A DNA stretch of 64,000 bases from Microthyrium microscopicum (lineage: Eukaryota). A program made the position numbers and the translations under genes. Every line of letters starts with the position of its first letter. The first letter of the stretch is position 1. The notes below the pieces were generated by a model that was given only the letters and a program-made list of their open reading frames with translations, had not been told where the DNA came from and did not search any database. The stretch is taken from assembly GCA_010405405.1 (NCBI GenBank), contig MU004230.1, forward strand, positions 2,452,627 through 2,516,626. Direction: 5' to 3'. This document shows positions 40,195 through 53,751 of the stretch, one piece after another.

Positions 40195-43100
40195 GGTGTT
40201 GGATGGAAAAGATGGAGGGAGAAGACAAGATGGAGAGCCTGGTAGGACCAAGAGCGCTACTAAGTACGCTTGAAAGTACGGACGTGATGTCGCAAGTGGC
40301 CACTGGAGCCAGGTCTTCAGCTTAGGTGGTGACTGGATGAGTGGGTGATAGTGTGACTATCTAGCCTAGTAGCCAATTTCAACCAGATTTGAGTTTGATA
40401 CCTCGTGCGTGACTTCGCTGTACCAACTAGACTTTGTCTTCACAAATGCCTGGTAGTTTTGCTGCCTGGTCGACACGTTCAAGCAGCACCAGATCTTGGA
40501 AAATATCTGCAATTCGACGCAGGATGACGGGAGCGCTCGGGAATTTGACTTGTGTTTGGTTCTTTGCCAAGGCAGAGCGAGGTCTAAAGGAAATGTTGTG
40601 GTTGAGCAAGTGATAGTGACAACGGCGCTTGGTGTCCGTCGGGGTTTAGCACGAGTCTTGCTCTGAGAGAAGGTTCGCCTAACGGCATTCAATAGATAGT
40701 CTTCGATGGTGTAGTCAGAGGTAGGCCGCGACTTGAATGAGTCAAATTGGTTTGTAATAATGGTGTCGTATCAAAAAAATGTTTTCTGAGAGGCAGTTGG
40801 ACGACAGGTTCGAGGGGAATGCGGAGCTAGAGATAGACCAACAAACATATGCCAGTGACCTCCTTAGACCCCTGAGCTTGGGACAGTGCTGTCAGAATGA
40901 TGAAGAAAGTGCGACGGGAAATGTGGTCCTCGGGCGATGGCAAGTGAATTGAAGAAAGTAGCTTGTGAAATGTCCAATGGTCCTTCCGCTCTCCCCACTG
41001 CTCCTTTTCAGAATGTGAGCCAACTTGTGCCACCGAGGGTGCTTAGACGGTTCGTTTTTCGTCGATTTAAGATGTCATCCACTGGAACGAGCAATCAGGG
41101 GAGCTTCTCGGGCTTTCCCCGCAGCTGGTGGTTGATGAAAAGAAGGGACCGTGATGGCTCGGTTCCACGGCCAGCGATGAAGCGAATGTAGTTGGGAGGA
41201 CGTACCAGAATTTGCTTGCGTGAGACGCTGTATAGGACGAACAGAGAGTTTACTTGTGCTAAGAACCAGCAGTCTTGCCAAATGGTCCTTGTCGCATAAG
41301 TCTAGGTAGACTAACGTATTGCACACGCGACCGGAAAGTTGACAATGGGCAATGAACTACTCGGTCGCATCCGTGATTCCGCAAAAACCAAAGAAAGCGC
41401 ACGAGGGTGCAGTAAAGAATGTGGTGGCTTGCAGCTTGGTCGTCACAATCTGTGCTTTCGAATGATCTTGAGCGATTGCAGCTATTCGTGAACTATCATG
41501 CAGAATCTGACAGCTCAAGTCGACTCCTCTCAATCAGTTCACGGACAACACTAGGGAGACTTGACCTCTATGCAGTGGACAACAAGATCCACTATTAGTC
41601 TCCAGCTCGACAGCAGTCTTATGCTAGCAGCTCTTGGTATTTTGTTTCCGCCGGCAACCTCCACTGAATTATCACAAGGTCTACGATTGAAGCAATGCCG
41701 AAGCCCTCCCTTGTCAGGCTCTTGAAGAAAGTATAGATTGCTGGAGAGGGTGAAGTCTCGAGAGAGTAATACAAGCTTGGTAGTAGTAGACTCGTGGTAG
41801 CTGCCAAATAATGGGGCGTTCCTAAAAGGTGAGTACCCCGTCTGAGCGCGAAGCCACCAGAAGACTAGTACAATGACGAATTCGTAGCAATGTTGCCCTT
41901 CAGGATGTCTGTCAAGACTCAAGCCGGAAGTAAAGAGACTAAAGAGACAATCTGGTGACTCTAGTCAAGGCGCCCGGAGATGTCACTGATGTGTATGCCG
42001 TATGAAATGATCAAGATCTATGGCCACGAATGACTCGCCTGGGCAAATGAAGCTGTGCCTACATCAAACTCTGAAATCTGGCTTGCAAATAAACTGCCAA
42101 TACTTGTTCCCAAAGTATTTAGCTTGGATTGGATGGGCAACAGTGCGCATGAGCTGCAGGATCTCAGTCAGGCCGGGAGAGCGTTCCTGGATCCCGCGAG
42201 ATGTTGTGCTTTAGTCTTCTACTAGCTCAGCTTGTATCAGTCGACACGAAGACTGTCGAATAATGTATCGGTGGAGCGGAGCTTGGATTGAATCTCGAGA
42301 GTCGAGGCTGTCAGAACTGCCAGTAGTTCGAGAAACGTCTGACAGGACAGAATGATTGGTTGACGGATACCGTGCCGTTGGTTTAGTTGATTTTGATGGG
42401 TTCAATGCTTGCAGATGGCTTGCATGTGGCGTTCAATTGGCGGTCTACCACAGACAGTTTAGGCTATCCAAAAGCCACCCGCTGTCGCTAGCCTTCCGCT
42501 TCCAAGAACCAACTCTTTTGAAGTTCACAGTCTGGATGGAGTCGATGGACGTCTCCAATTACCAATTGAGCCTGGATATTGCCAGCCAGCTCTGCGCCTC
42601 ACCCGGGCTCTCGTCAATAGGCGCCACTTTGCCAATGTAAAGTCACTTGCTCCTCCGCTCTTTTGGAAAGAGTGAACGTCTATTGACTTCAATGGCGTTG
42701 TAGATCTCCTCCAGAGTGCTATGTTGCCGATTGAATCGCATTGATGTTAATCCAGCTATTGACTTTGCAATGAACAAAACAATGTGGCTCAGGGAAAAGT
42801 GAAAAGCATTCAAACTGTCGACGTATTATAGGCTGTTAACGTAAAACTGTTGATGTGCCTAGGTAGTTATGGATGGCCTTGTTGTTGATTATTCGAGAGG
42901 ACTGATCATGGCGAACATTCATCGGTTCCTTTGATAAACATCAAATAATGGTCCCTGGAATATGGTACTCGCGTGGAAGATGAAAGATGTGGTACAACCC
43001 AAAGTATTCTCCGATACAATTTTTGGGAATAGTTCAATGCTTTCGGTGGTTGATGGTGTGGGAGAAAATGAATTATGAAGCTTGCGAATTCAAACGTAGA

Positions 43101-45241
43101 GCATACAGGATTGTGGCCTAAACCGTACTACTACTGGAGCGCAGATGGACTCTGACGGTGCCTTATGCTGCAACCAAACTACATAGCAAGAATATGCGAA
43201 CTGTGCCATACCTGCACGCAGTCGCCCATGTCATCCACAAAGACCTGTGAGCTGCCAGTGCACACTGTCTACTGCTTCTGTGTATCTCCCACTGCTGTCC
43301 ATCCATGTCGTGTTCTCGAAGGATTAGGTCACTTCGCAATCCCAAATCAGTCAGACCGCACCATCAATCCAGGTCAAATGCTGACGCTTCATTGGAGTTG
43401 GGAGCCGTGGGAGAGCATAGCGTCAAGTTCCATCAGTTTGTTACAGAAAGATACATATACCCTCTACGGAAGGCTTCTCCACATGATCTTCTCCAGGAAA
43501 ATATGGGTATATTTCTTCAATCACCAATTCAACCAAAAGATCCAATAATGCTATCAAAAACCACCGCTAGGGTTGAGAGCTAATGCTGTGAGCAGACAAA
43601 TAACAAGCCCCTGAATGGGTGTCCTCCTGCTTAAAGCGGTAAGATACGCGCACAAAATGTAGTCTTGTTGGTCCGCAAGGCTATCCACGCAAGTTACCGA
43701 AGTAGCAAAGCTTGCTCATGTTATAGCCTTTGAATCAGCTATGATAGAACTCCGCCATCGGCATCTGCCTGACATGCTCGATGAGCTATAACAGGATCGT
43801 CCTATCGCGCGTTACGATCCCGTCAATGCCATCACCCGAAAATCGAACAACATCCACTATTCAACTTGACGTCTCTCAGCTCCCAGGTTGGTATGAACCG
43901 TTTAACAGTTCAAATTATCCTATTGGATTTTGTGCTCAACGACTCCATTATGCGTTGTTTCTGGTTTCTTCCCAGTCTGTTTCGATCCACTCACCAAGTT
44001 TCGCTTGTTCAGATTTTCAAATACCGCCTAGGTCTGTTCACGCGCATGAGCCAGCCATGTTCATTTTGTTCTCCTGGTATACGCTTTCGAAAATCCGGGT
44101 TCAGTCACGTCGGCTTTGCCGACTCGCTGCCCTAAGTCGTAGAAGAGTTACCTCTATCGCCATGGGCCCAATAAGTCCAAGTGCCTTCTAGGATCTGGCG
44201 CAGGGAATCTTTCTCCCCTGTATGGTTCAATTGCATATGATCTTCTGTTCAGAAATTTAACTTCACGACGTCTCTACGTCTAATAATCTTTGAGGTTGTC
44301 GTAGATGTATGCGGCAAATATCTGACAGTAGATGTATACTCAAGATTTGCTTGTCTGACTCAGCCTAATACACATACTTTGTGAATAATACAGTAAAGAC
44401 TGGACTTAGTTCATCGCAGATAGCATCTACCACTTGTCCAGTCCGTGCCTTGCTCAGCGCAATCGTGTCGAAGGAGGTATTTGCCAGGGAGACGTGGTAT
44501 GATCGGTGAACCCCATTACTTCCGGCCTCTTGATCTACGCTTATTCGATATATTATAGTGGTCTATGCACCGAGTATCCCTGGATTCATGATGTGATACA
44601 GTGATGCTCACAGCTACTATCCGTGGACAACACCCACCGCCTACGGCGGTGGGGGACGCCTGAACGCTATGGACAGCTAAACGCTACATGTTATAAACAC
44701 TATACATTTAAATAATAAATACCTAATAAATAATTCTCAAAATAATAGTGCTATTAGATCTATTACTTTTCTATATCCTATAAAATTTTTACGCGCTTTT
44801 AATAAGAATTATAATATTAGCTATATAAAATAATACTAATTTAGGATATATCTTAAGATAGTTTTTTTAGCTAGGTTATAGCTAATTTTGCTATAATAGA
44901 TATTTTTTAAATCTAAAAAAAGGAGCATAAATAGTAAGTAATAAATTATATATAGTATTAGTTTAATAAATATTTATTATATTCTAAATAATTAACGTTA
45001 AGTTAAAGTTACTTAGGTTAAAAGATATTATTATTATACTCTACTAAGATTTTACGTTTATAGGCTAGATCTATAACTATAACGCGTTCTAGCTCTTTAT
45101 ATTAAAAAGATAAATTACTAAATCTACTACTACTTTTGTAATACTAAACTAAAAATAATTTCGTAATAAAGCTTATATATTAATAAGAAGAGACGCTTCT
45201 AGAGAGTGTAATTTTATACTTATTTGCTAATCTAAAGATAC

Positions 45242-45509
45242 TGTCAGGAACTAGGACACCTCTAGTTTAAGATAACCACTAATAGGACACGTCTACGTAG
45301 GATGAAGCATTATTAGTTAGGTTGACTAATAACGACCCATTATAAACATAGATAGCTTAGTAAAGTCCTTATAGCTCTAGGTAATAAAAAAGAGAGATTG
45401 TAAGGGTCTAAGTAACTCCTTAGCAATTACTCTTATCTTTATTTTTACGTATTTACTTAAACTATAATAATTATAGTTTTTACCTACTTAAAACGACTCA
45501 TTTCTAATA
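45242..45509 (+). repeat. 5' LTR of retrotransposon 2
   Basis: 268-bp direct repeat of 53752-54019; starts TGTCAGGAA. Confidence 0.93.
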
Positions 45510-48500
45510 TAGTAATTGCTTCTTAATCCTTAAGTACCTAAAGAAATTATTTTTATCTTTTATTTAATTAGAAACTATGTTTAATAGCGAATATTTAGAC
45601 CTTAGCGCCTAGATAAGACTTAGGTAGCCTTAACTATTAGGCTAAGGATTACTAGTACCTATTATACTCTAAATTAATACATTTAGAGGTCTATTAGACC
45701 TATTTAATATTAAACTAGCTAATCTTAATTTACCTAAGCCTAGGAAGACTTAAAATAACTTTATAATACGCTATAAGGAGGAACTTAATATGCTTATTAA
45801 TAAAAAGAAGCTAGAGCTTAAGGTATAAGAGCTAACGATAAAAGCTAGGGTAATTTAGTCTAGTAAGCTTAAAACTACCTAAGAGTTAAAGAACTTTAGC
45901 TAAGTTAACGCAACAAGACCTAATTAGCGTCTTTTAAGCTAAGCTCTCGCCCTTTTAGAACCTTTAAACTAAGATAGGCCTAAGATAGAGCTTTATAAGG
46001 GGAAGAGTCTTTAGGAATATATATTCTAAGTTAATAACGTTAAATAGAAGTTCGTTAAACCTTTTTATTAAGAGAGCACTTATAATTAGCAACTCTATTA
46101 GTATATTTATAAACGTAATTAGCTTAAGAAAGGACTATTATAAATAGGATTAAATAATCTTATTCTTTATAAGGAGTCTTAAGACTTAAGATTCTAAAAG
46201 ATATAATAAGTAGTCTAAAACTACGTGCTAGGCTATTTAGGCTACTTTATAAAGTAAGAATATATTATTTTTAAGAAGTCCTAGATAGTTAAATTAGGTT
46301 AACACTACCTATAGGAGCTCTATAATAACCTTCTTAAGTTATAAAAGAAATAAGAGTATAATAACTAAAAGGGTTATCTCTTTTAGTTTTATAGAAGCCT
46401 CTCTAGGAATATATAAAAGAAGATTCTCTTTAATAAGAAGTTTACTATCGCTATAGTTAAAAAGGCCCTTAAAAAGACTAACTTATACTAGACTCCTAAC
46501 TTTATAGAAGCTAAGGCTTATTTCGCTTCTAAAAAGATAAACCTAAGATAATCTTTTTTAAAATAACGCTTATACTTTTTAGGAAATAAGTATAAATATA
46601 AGAAGGGCTTAAAAGAGCTAAGAATACCTAAAAAGTTCTTTTACTCTTTAAAGAATAGTAAAGTAGAATAAGCTATACCTAAAATAACTTAGAACATAGA
46701 TATTCTACTAGAGTCTAACCTAAAAAAGGTTAAATACTTTAAATATAGTAGACTCTACTTTAAAATAGAATACTCTAAGCTATAAAGAAAAAATAAGGCT
46801 ACAAAGTTATAAACTAGAACTTAGTAGCCTCTCTTATTAATAAGATAGCCTAGCTTAGTATTAAATAGCTTTATAAGACTATTATTATATATATCCTAAA
46901 AACGTTAAGAACTAAGAATAATAACTTACCTAGTAAGGTAAACTTTATAAGACTAAAGTTAAAGCAAATATACCTATAAGGAAGTCTAAGGAATAATAAG
47001 AGCTAAGAGGCCCTATCCTTAGATATTATAGTTAATTATAGGTTATACTTTAATATTATAGACGTTAAGCTAGCTAAAAGACTTTAGCTCTATATTACTC
47101 CCCTTTCTAAGATACTTATAACGTACTTAAATAATACTCTTATATAAATTTATAAAATTATAGAAGCTATAGTAATAGTAGTTAACTTAAATAGCTTCTC
47201 TAAGACTAAGATAGAATTATTTTATATTATAGACTCCCTATATTACTTTATTATTATAGAAATATCTTAATTAAAGGAGTAGAATCCTCTTCTAGACTTT
47301 AAGAATAAGACTCTTACGTAAGAGTAACCTTTTAGTAGCTTTTATAACAAGATAAGGACTATAAACGCTAACGAGTTCTCTAAGTTAGCTTAAGATAATT
47401 TATCTTAACTATTTAATTATCTAATTAGGTTACTAGACCTAAATTTATTTATAGAAGAGCTCCTAAGCAAGTATTTATAGTTTACTAAAGTCTTTAGTAA
47501 GTAAGATACGCTTAAACTAGCTTAATATAATCTATAAGACCTTAAGATTAACCTAGAGCTAGGTGCTATAGTACTATATAGACTTATTTATAGTCTCTTA
47601 GAGGCTAAGTTAATTATTCTACGTAAGTACTTAGATACTTACTTTATAAGAGGTTAGATCTAGAAATTAAAATCTTCTACTAGAGCCTCTATCCTCTTTA
47701 TAAAGAAGAAAAATAGAATATTATAACTCTATATAAACTACTAAAGCCTAAATAATATTATTATTAAGGATTAATACGCATTACCTCTTATTAAGGAGTC
47801 TTTAAATAGACTTTAAAGCGCTAAGTTCTTTACTAGCCTTAACTTACGTAAAGCTTACTATCATTTATATATTAAAGATAGTAATAAGTAAAAGATTATA
47901 TTTAGAACTAAATATAGGATATTTAAGTATATAGTAGTCTTATTTAGACTTATAAATACTCTTATAGCCTTCTAAGTATATATTAACTAAGCATTAAGAG
48001 GCTTAGTAGACGTAATATATATTATTTACCTTAATAACATCCTTATTTACTCTAAAACTAAGGAGTAATATATTAAAGACGTCTAAGAAGTTCTATAATA
48101 ACTTATAGAGTATTATTTATACGTAAAACTATCTAAGTATAAGTTTTACACTAGTAGTATAGAGTATCTAGATTATGTTATAATCCTAGATAGTACTATT
48201 ATAGATTAATTATAGATTAATATATACCTAGATTAGCTAAAACTATATAATATATACTAAGTAAAGAAATTTATTAGCTTTATAAACTACTATTATTAGT
48301 TTATTACTAGATTCTTCTATATTACTATACTACTAAATGCCTTAACCTAGAAAGAACTAGGTTAGGTCCTAAAAGGCCTAAAGCTATAATAGAAGAAGTC
48401 TATAAATATTAAATTACTACTAGACGCCTTAGATTCTTTTAATAAACTAAAAAATTCTTTTATAAACATACCAATTTTAGCCTATTTTAACTCTATGTTT

Positions 48501-50854
48501 TCTATATAGTTAGAAACTAATGCCTCTAGAAGAGTAATTTATAGGATATTAAGCTAAAGATAGCGTAATAAAAGCTAAGATAGCCTATAGAAACTTATTA
48601 CATTCTATTCTTAGAAATTATCTCTATTAGAGAGCTACTATAGAACTCTACAATAGGAGTTCTTAGTAATTATAGATTCCTTAAAAGTATTTAGAAAGTA
48701 CTTATAAAGCTTACTAGACTAATTTTAGGTCTTAATAGACTATATAAACCTTAAATTGCTTAAAATAATACTAAAAATATTATTAATATACATAAGGTAG
48801 GTAGATTTGCTCTTAAAATATAATTTTAATATTAAGCACTACCTAAGCAAGATAAATCTAGCTAATGAATCCTTAAGACGTCTAAACTATATTAAAGAGG
48901 ACTAAAGAGAATAAAAAAAGACTATAGAAGCGTTACTTAATCTACTTTATAATAAGTTATAGCTTAACGACACTCCTATAACTAAAATTAACGCTATTAG
49001 ACTTATAGACTTTATTATTACGTATATTAGTATTAATACGTAATATTCTACTATAAACTAACTTAAGAAGAGTTAAGATAAGCCTACTAAGACCTAGAAG
49101 TATCTAAAAATAAGCTCTAATAAGATTTTAGCTATTAATAAACTCTCTCTAATTAAGAACGACTTAGACGAAGCTAAATAGACAAATAGAAATCTTATTT
49201 TTATTAAGGAAGAGTTATAAAAGAAGAAAATTCTACAAAGGTTTTATAATAACGCTATAGAAGATAGTTATAAGGGGTTAAAGAAGATACTTAAGAAGAT
49301 TAAGTATTACTATACCTAGGATTACGTCTAAAAGAACGTTAAGGACTATTATAAAGCTTGCCTTAACTACTAACGCAATAAATTTATTAGATAGGCTTAG
49401 AAAGAGTTACTAATAGCCTTACTAATCCTAGAAGCGCTATAAGAGGATATTATTATAGATTTTATTATAGATTTACTCTTAAGTATCTATAATAATTAAA
49501 CCTATAACTCTATTATAATAGTTATTAATAAATTAACTAAAATAGCCTACTATATTCTAATAAGAAAGGATATAGATATAAAAAACCTTACTAAGATCTT
49601 CTTATAAGAGGTTATACGCCTATATAGCGTACCTTATACTATTATATTTAATTAAGAACCTCTCTTTATTTCTAAGTACTAGAAAATATTCCTTTATTAT
49701 CTTTCTATCCTTAGAAAGCTCTTAATAGCATTTTACTTATAGACTAATAATTAAATAGAGTACTTAAACTAAGAGGTTAAGTACTACTTATAGATTTATA
49801 GGTATTAAGAATAGGATAATTAGGCAAGATAGCTTAGTTTAGCTAAGTTTAACTATAATAATAGTATTTACTCATTAACTAGAGTTACTCCTTTTATTAC
49901 ATATACTAAAAGGAACCTCTATGCTTCTAAATTAGCTAAAACGCTATTAAAAAGCATTATACCTAATACTAAAGGGATAGTAAACTATATTCTATCTCTA
50001 TAACGTATAATAAGGGACAAATTAGCTAAAGTATAGCTATACTAGGCTAACTAGTATAATAAAGAAAAGAAGGATATTTATTTAAATATTAGTAACTAAG
50101 TCCTACTTAATATAAAGAATATTTAGACTACTCGCATTAAGAAGAAGCTTAATATTAAGTATATAAGTCTCTTTAAGATTATAGAGGTTATAAACACTAA
50201 TACTTATTAGCTTAACCTCCTAAAGAATATATAAGTCTATAATATATTTTATATCTCTCTATTAAAGCTATATAAACTAAACCCCTACTTTCTACAAAAG
50301 TCTATATTACTATAGGATTCTTTAAACCTAGAAGACCTAAATATATATAATATAGAGAAAGTAATAAAGCATATAGTAAATAAAAGAAATAAATATTACT
50401 ACCTTATAAAATAAAAAGGTTACCTAGAGTCTAAATTAACCTAAGAGCCTATAGCTAACCTTTCTTTAACTACTTTAAAGCGCTATTACGTAAAGTTAAC
50501 TAAGAAGAGTATTATACTAGCAATAAGTACAATTAAAGAAGCAGTTAAATACAAAATAATATATCTAAACGATATCATAAATAGATTAACGAATCTTAAC
50601 CTTATAAGACTAAAAAGACAACTAAGAAGGCTAAAGAAGATCTAAAAGACTTAAGACGAGCTTTTAAAGAAGAGGGATAGTTACTTCGTGATTTTCTTAT
50701 TAATTAGAACCTAAATTAACCTCTTTATATATATATCGTAATAAATTAACCTAAAGTAACTTAAAAATAGTGCTAGATAATAAGTATATAGAAAAACTAC
50801 TAAGTTATAAATATATAAAATAACCTAGAATAATACGTAAAATAAGTCTTTATA

Positions 50855-50914
50855 TATATATAAAGGGTACTTCTTTAAGAACTCTTTATAACGCAAAATA
50901 GGGTTAAAATATAT
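50855..50914 (+). repeat. Internal 60-bp direct repeat, copy 1
   Basis: Aligns without gaps to 53011-53070; all mismatches but one are transitions. Confidence 0.85.
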
Positions 50915-51168
50915 ATTAGAAAATATATAAAAGAATAAGTAATTTCTAACTAAGAGTTAAATTAGCTATATAATAGTTTTATAAGGGTATCTATTAACAA
51001 ACCTATTCTTAGAAAGTCCTAGAAGGGTATCTACTAACTAACTTATCCTTAAGGGACGCAAAATAACTTAATATAATAAGAAATAGCTCTACTTAGCTAA
51101 TTAAGGCTAAGTATAGATAATACTAAATTCTAAAAGACTTAAGATAACCTATTTAACCTTATTTTAAC

Positions 51169-52700
51169 CTAAGAAGAAGCTACCTAGCTTATCTTATACT
51201 TTTTTATAGTAAGACTTATAGCCTTAACCTTAGAATAGTCTTTATTAGTATAACTATCCTTATAGAAAGCCTTAATAGCCTTTTTAATATAGGCCTTAAC
51301 CTCTTAATACTTAGAAACGCTAAGATAGGCCTTATAGCGCTTAAGAAGCGCTTAAGAGTTTATAAGGACACTACTTAGATTATTCTTAGTATTAGTAAGT
51401 TACTATAGAATAGTTAGATATAAAGTAACTTATTATAAATATAAAAAGACTTACTTAAAATAAGTTAGGTCCTTAAAGACTAATAATATAGCGAAAGTCC
51501 TAATGCTAGAAATATAGTATATTATAGCGCTTAAAGCGCTTAAGAGAATAGAATTAGATATTAGTAGCTAAGAGAGCTAGACAAGCTATAATACGCTTCT
51601 CTAATTCTAAAAGGCTATTATTTACTAGCTTTTAGGTAACTTTAGTACCTATATAATAGTTAATAAGCGCATAGGTTGCGTAGAAGCTATCCTTAGCAAT
51701 ACTAAAGTATAATAGAAAGAAATTAGCTACTAGCTACTTAAATATACGACTATAAACTAATTAGCGTCTAAATACGTAAAACTAAACTAAAATTAGTTAA
51801 AACGAGTATTTATAACTTATAAAAAATTACTATATACTTATAAGTATACTAAATACTACCATAAAGCACACGTTTATCCTTATAGGATAATTTATCCTAA
51901 GAATCGTTCTTAAGAACATAAATAACCTTATTAATTATAATATAGACTAAGATAAGCTTAGCCTTATTATAAAGGTCCTAATAAGGAACGACTTACCTAT
52001 ATTAGTATAATATAATATAAAATAAGCTAGAATAGGACATTACCTCTAAATAATCCTTAGTTAACTTTATATTAAGGTATTTAACGAAGTACTTACCTAA
52101 ACTAACTTACTAAGTATAATGATACTCTAAGTTAAGAATAAGGTAGAATTTAGTAATTAAAGAAGGAAGAAAATACGCAGCATAGACCTCTATATAACGC
52201 TAATAGGGATTTAAGGTTAAGTAGTACTATAATAAACTAAGTAAGGCTATAACGCTCTTATTAGTATATTTCTACTCTATCTTATCTTTAAAGACTACTT
52301 TAATAAGGTCTACAATATTAGTAGTTAAGATTTAGTTATTATAAAACGTAATAATATTATTATTAGTAGAAATAGTTACTACAATCTTACTAAAGTTAAA
52401 GTTGCCTTTAATAAAGACTTAAGAGCCTTTAATAGAATCTTTAAGTAACTTATTTATATTAACGCCCGCTTTAAATAAAGATAAGTTTAAAAGTATATAG
52501 GTTAGTTAAAATAAGTTATTAAAGGTTAAAAAAGTATAAAGTATACTAAAATAGGTTAAGAGAACCTAAAAAGGCGCTAAGTAGCTTAATAACTAAGAAG
52601 AGAAAATTTATAGTTACTAAAGAAGGACCTATAATATAAAATAGGTTAGTAATAATAATCTTTATATATATTTACAAAACTATAGAATTTCTACTTACCT
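51169..52700 (-). pseudogene. RIP-degraded, intron-containing antisense gene of unknown function inside retrotransposon 2
   Basis: Minus-strand intron-like segments 52698-52629, 52096-52046, 51996-51947, 51830-51782 and 51454-51403. The last three exons join in a coding-like frame. The 5' end is not resolved. Confidence 0.62.
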
Positions 52701-53010
52701 TAAAATTTAAAGTATAAAAGATAAGAGATAAAGAATTTAGAGTAAGAAGAGTTATTTTATACCTAAATCTCCCTACCTTTTTAAAATAGCTAAGTATTAA
52801 CGTAATAATACTTAGTAAAGATCTATAAGAGCCTCTTATAATAAAAGAAAATTACGCATAGTATAGTAAGCACTTAGAGGAGTCATAACTTTCTAAATAG
52901 AAAGGTATAATCTTAGCCTTAGAGTCTCTAAACTTTTAAGTAAAGATTTAAATACCTTACTATAAATAACGCAAAATAACCCTTAATTAGACGTAAGAAG
53001 CGTTAAGATA

Positions 53011-53070
53011 CGTATATAAGAGGTATCCCTTTAAGAACCCTTTTTAACGCAAAATAGAGTCAAAATACAC
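53011..53070 (+). repeat. Internal 60-bp direct repeat, copy 2
   Basis: Aligns without gaps to 50855-50914. Confidence 0.85.
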
Positions 53071-53751
53071 CTTTAATCTAGAGCTAAATAAGGCTTATAA
53101 AGTAGTTTTATATATAAGTTATAGCTACCTAACCTACTATAAAGCTAATTATACTAAACTAATATAAACTTAGTATATTTAACATAGTATAACTAACTAA
53201 GTTAAGCTATATATATTTTAATAACTAGATAACCTATACTATATATAGAATAACTATTTAGTAGTATTTTAATAAGATCTAATTAAATACGAATAGTAGC
53301 ACTACACTATATTTACAAATAGGTTAATTTAGCTTTAATAAAGCTAGTATTAACTAATTAAGACCCTAATAGAGCTATTAACTACTTATTAAATATCCTA
53401 TTAATATATTAGACCTTAATAACTAGACTTCTTTAAGTTTAAGTTAATATAGTTAATTATAGCCTAAGACTAGTAGAAAATAGAGAGCTATCTATCTAGA
53501 GTAAGTAAAAAATAGAGGGCTATCTATTTTAAACAAGTAATATACTAAAGCTAGAGAATAAGAACATTACTAAGCTATAGAAGACTCTCTAAAATATAGG
53601 CAACTTAATCTTATATATTTAATTAAGCCTTATCCTCTCCTAAGTTATAGTATAATAAAGTATAGTTAAAAGCTATATATAAGCATAAGAAATATTTATT
53701 AGAACCTTTAAATATACTTTTTAGGATAAATAGCCTTAAGAAGGAGAATAA

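Noticed and set aside
50855..53070. 60-bp repeats as LTRs of a nested mini-element, or the cassette as a Crypton
   Set aside because: I found no target-site duplication, PBS or PPT around the repeats, and no tyrosine recombinase motif in the partial translation. A deRIP search is needed to exclude this fully.
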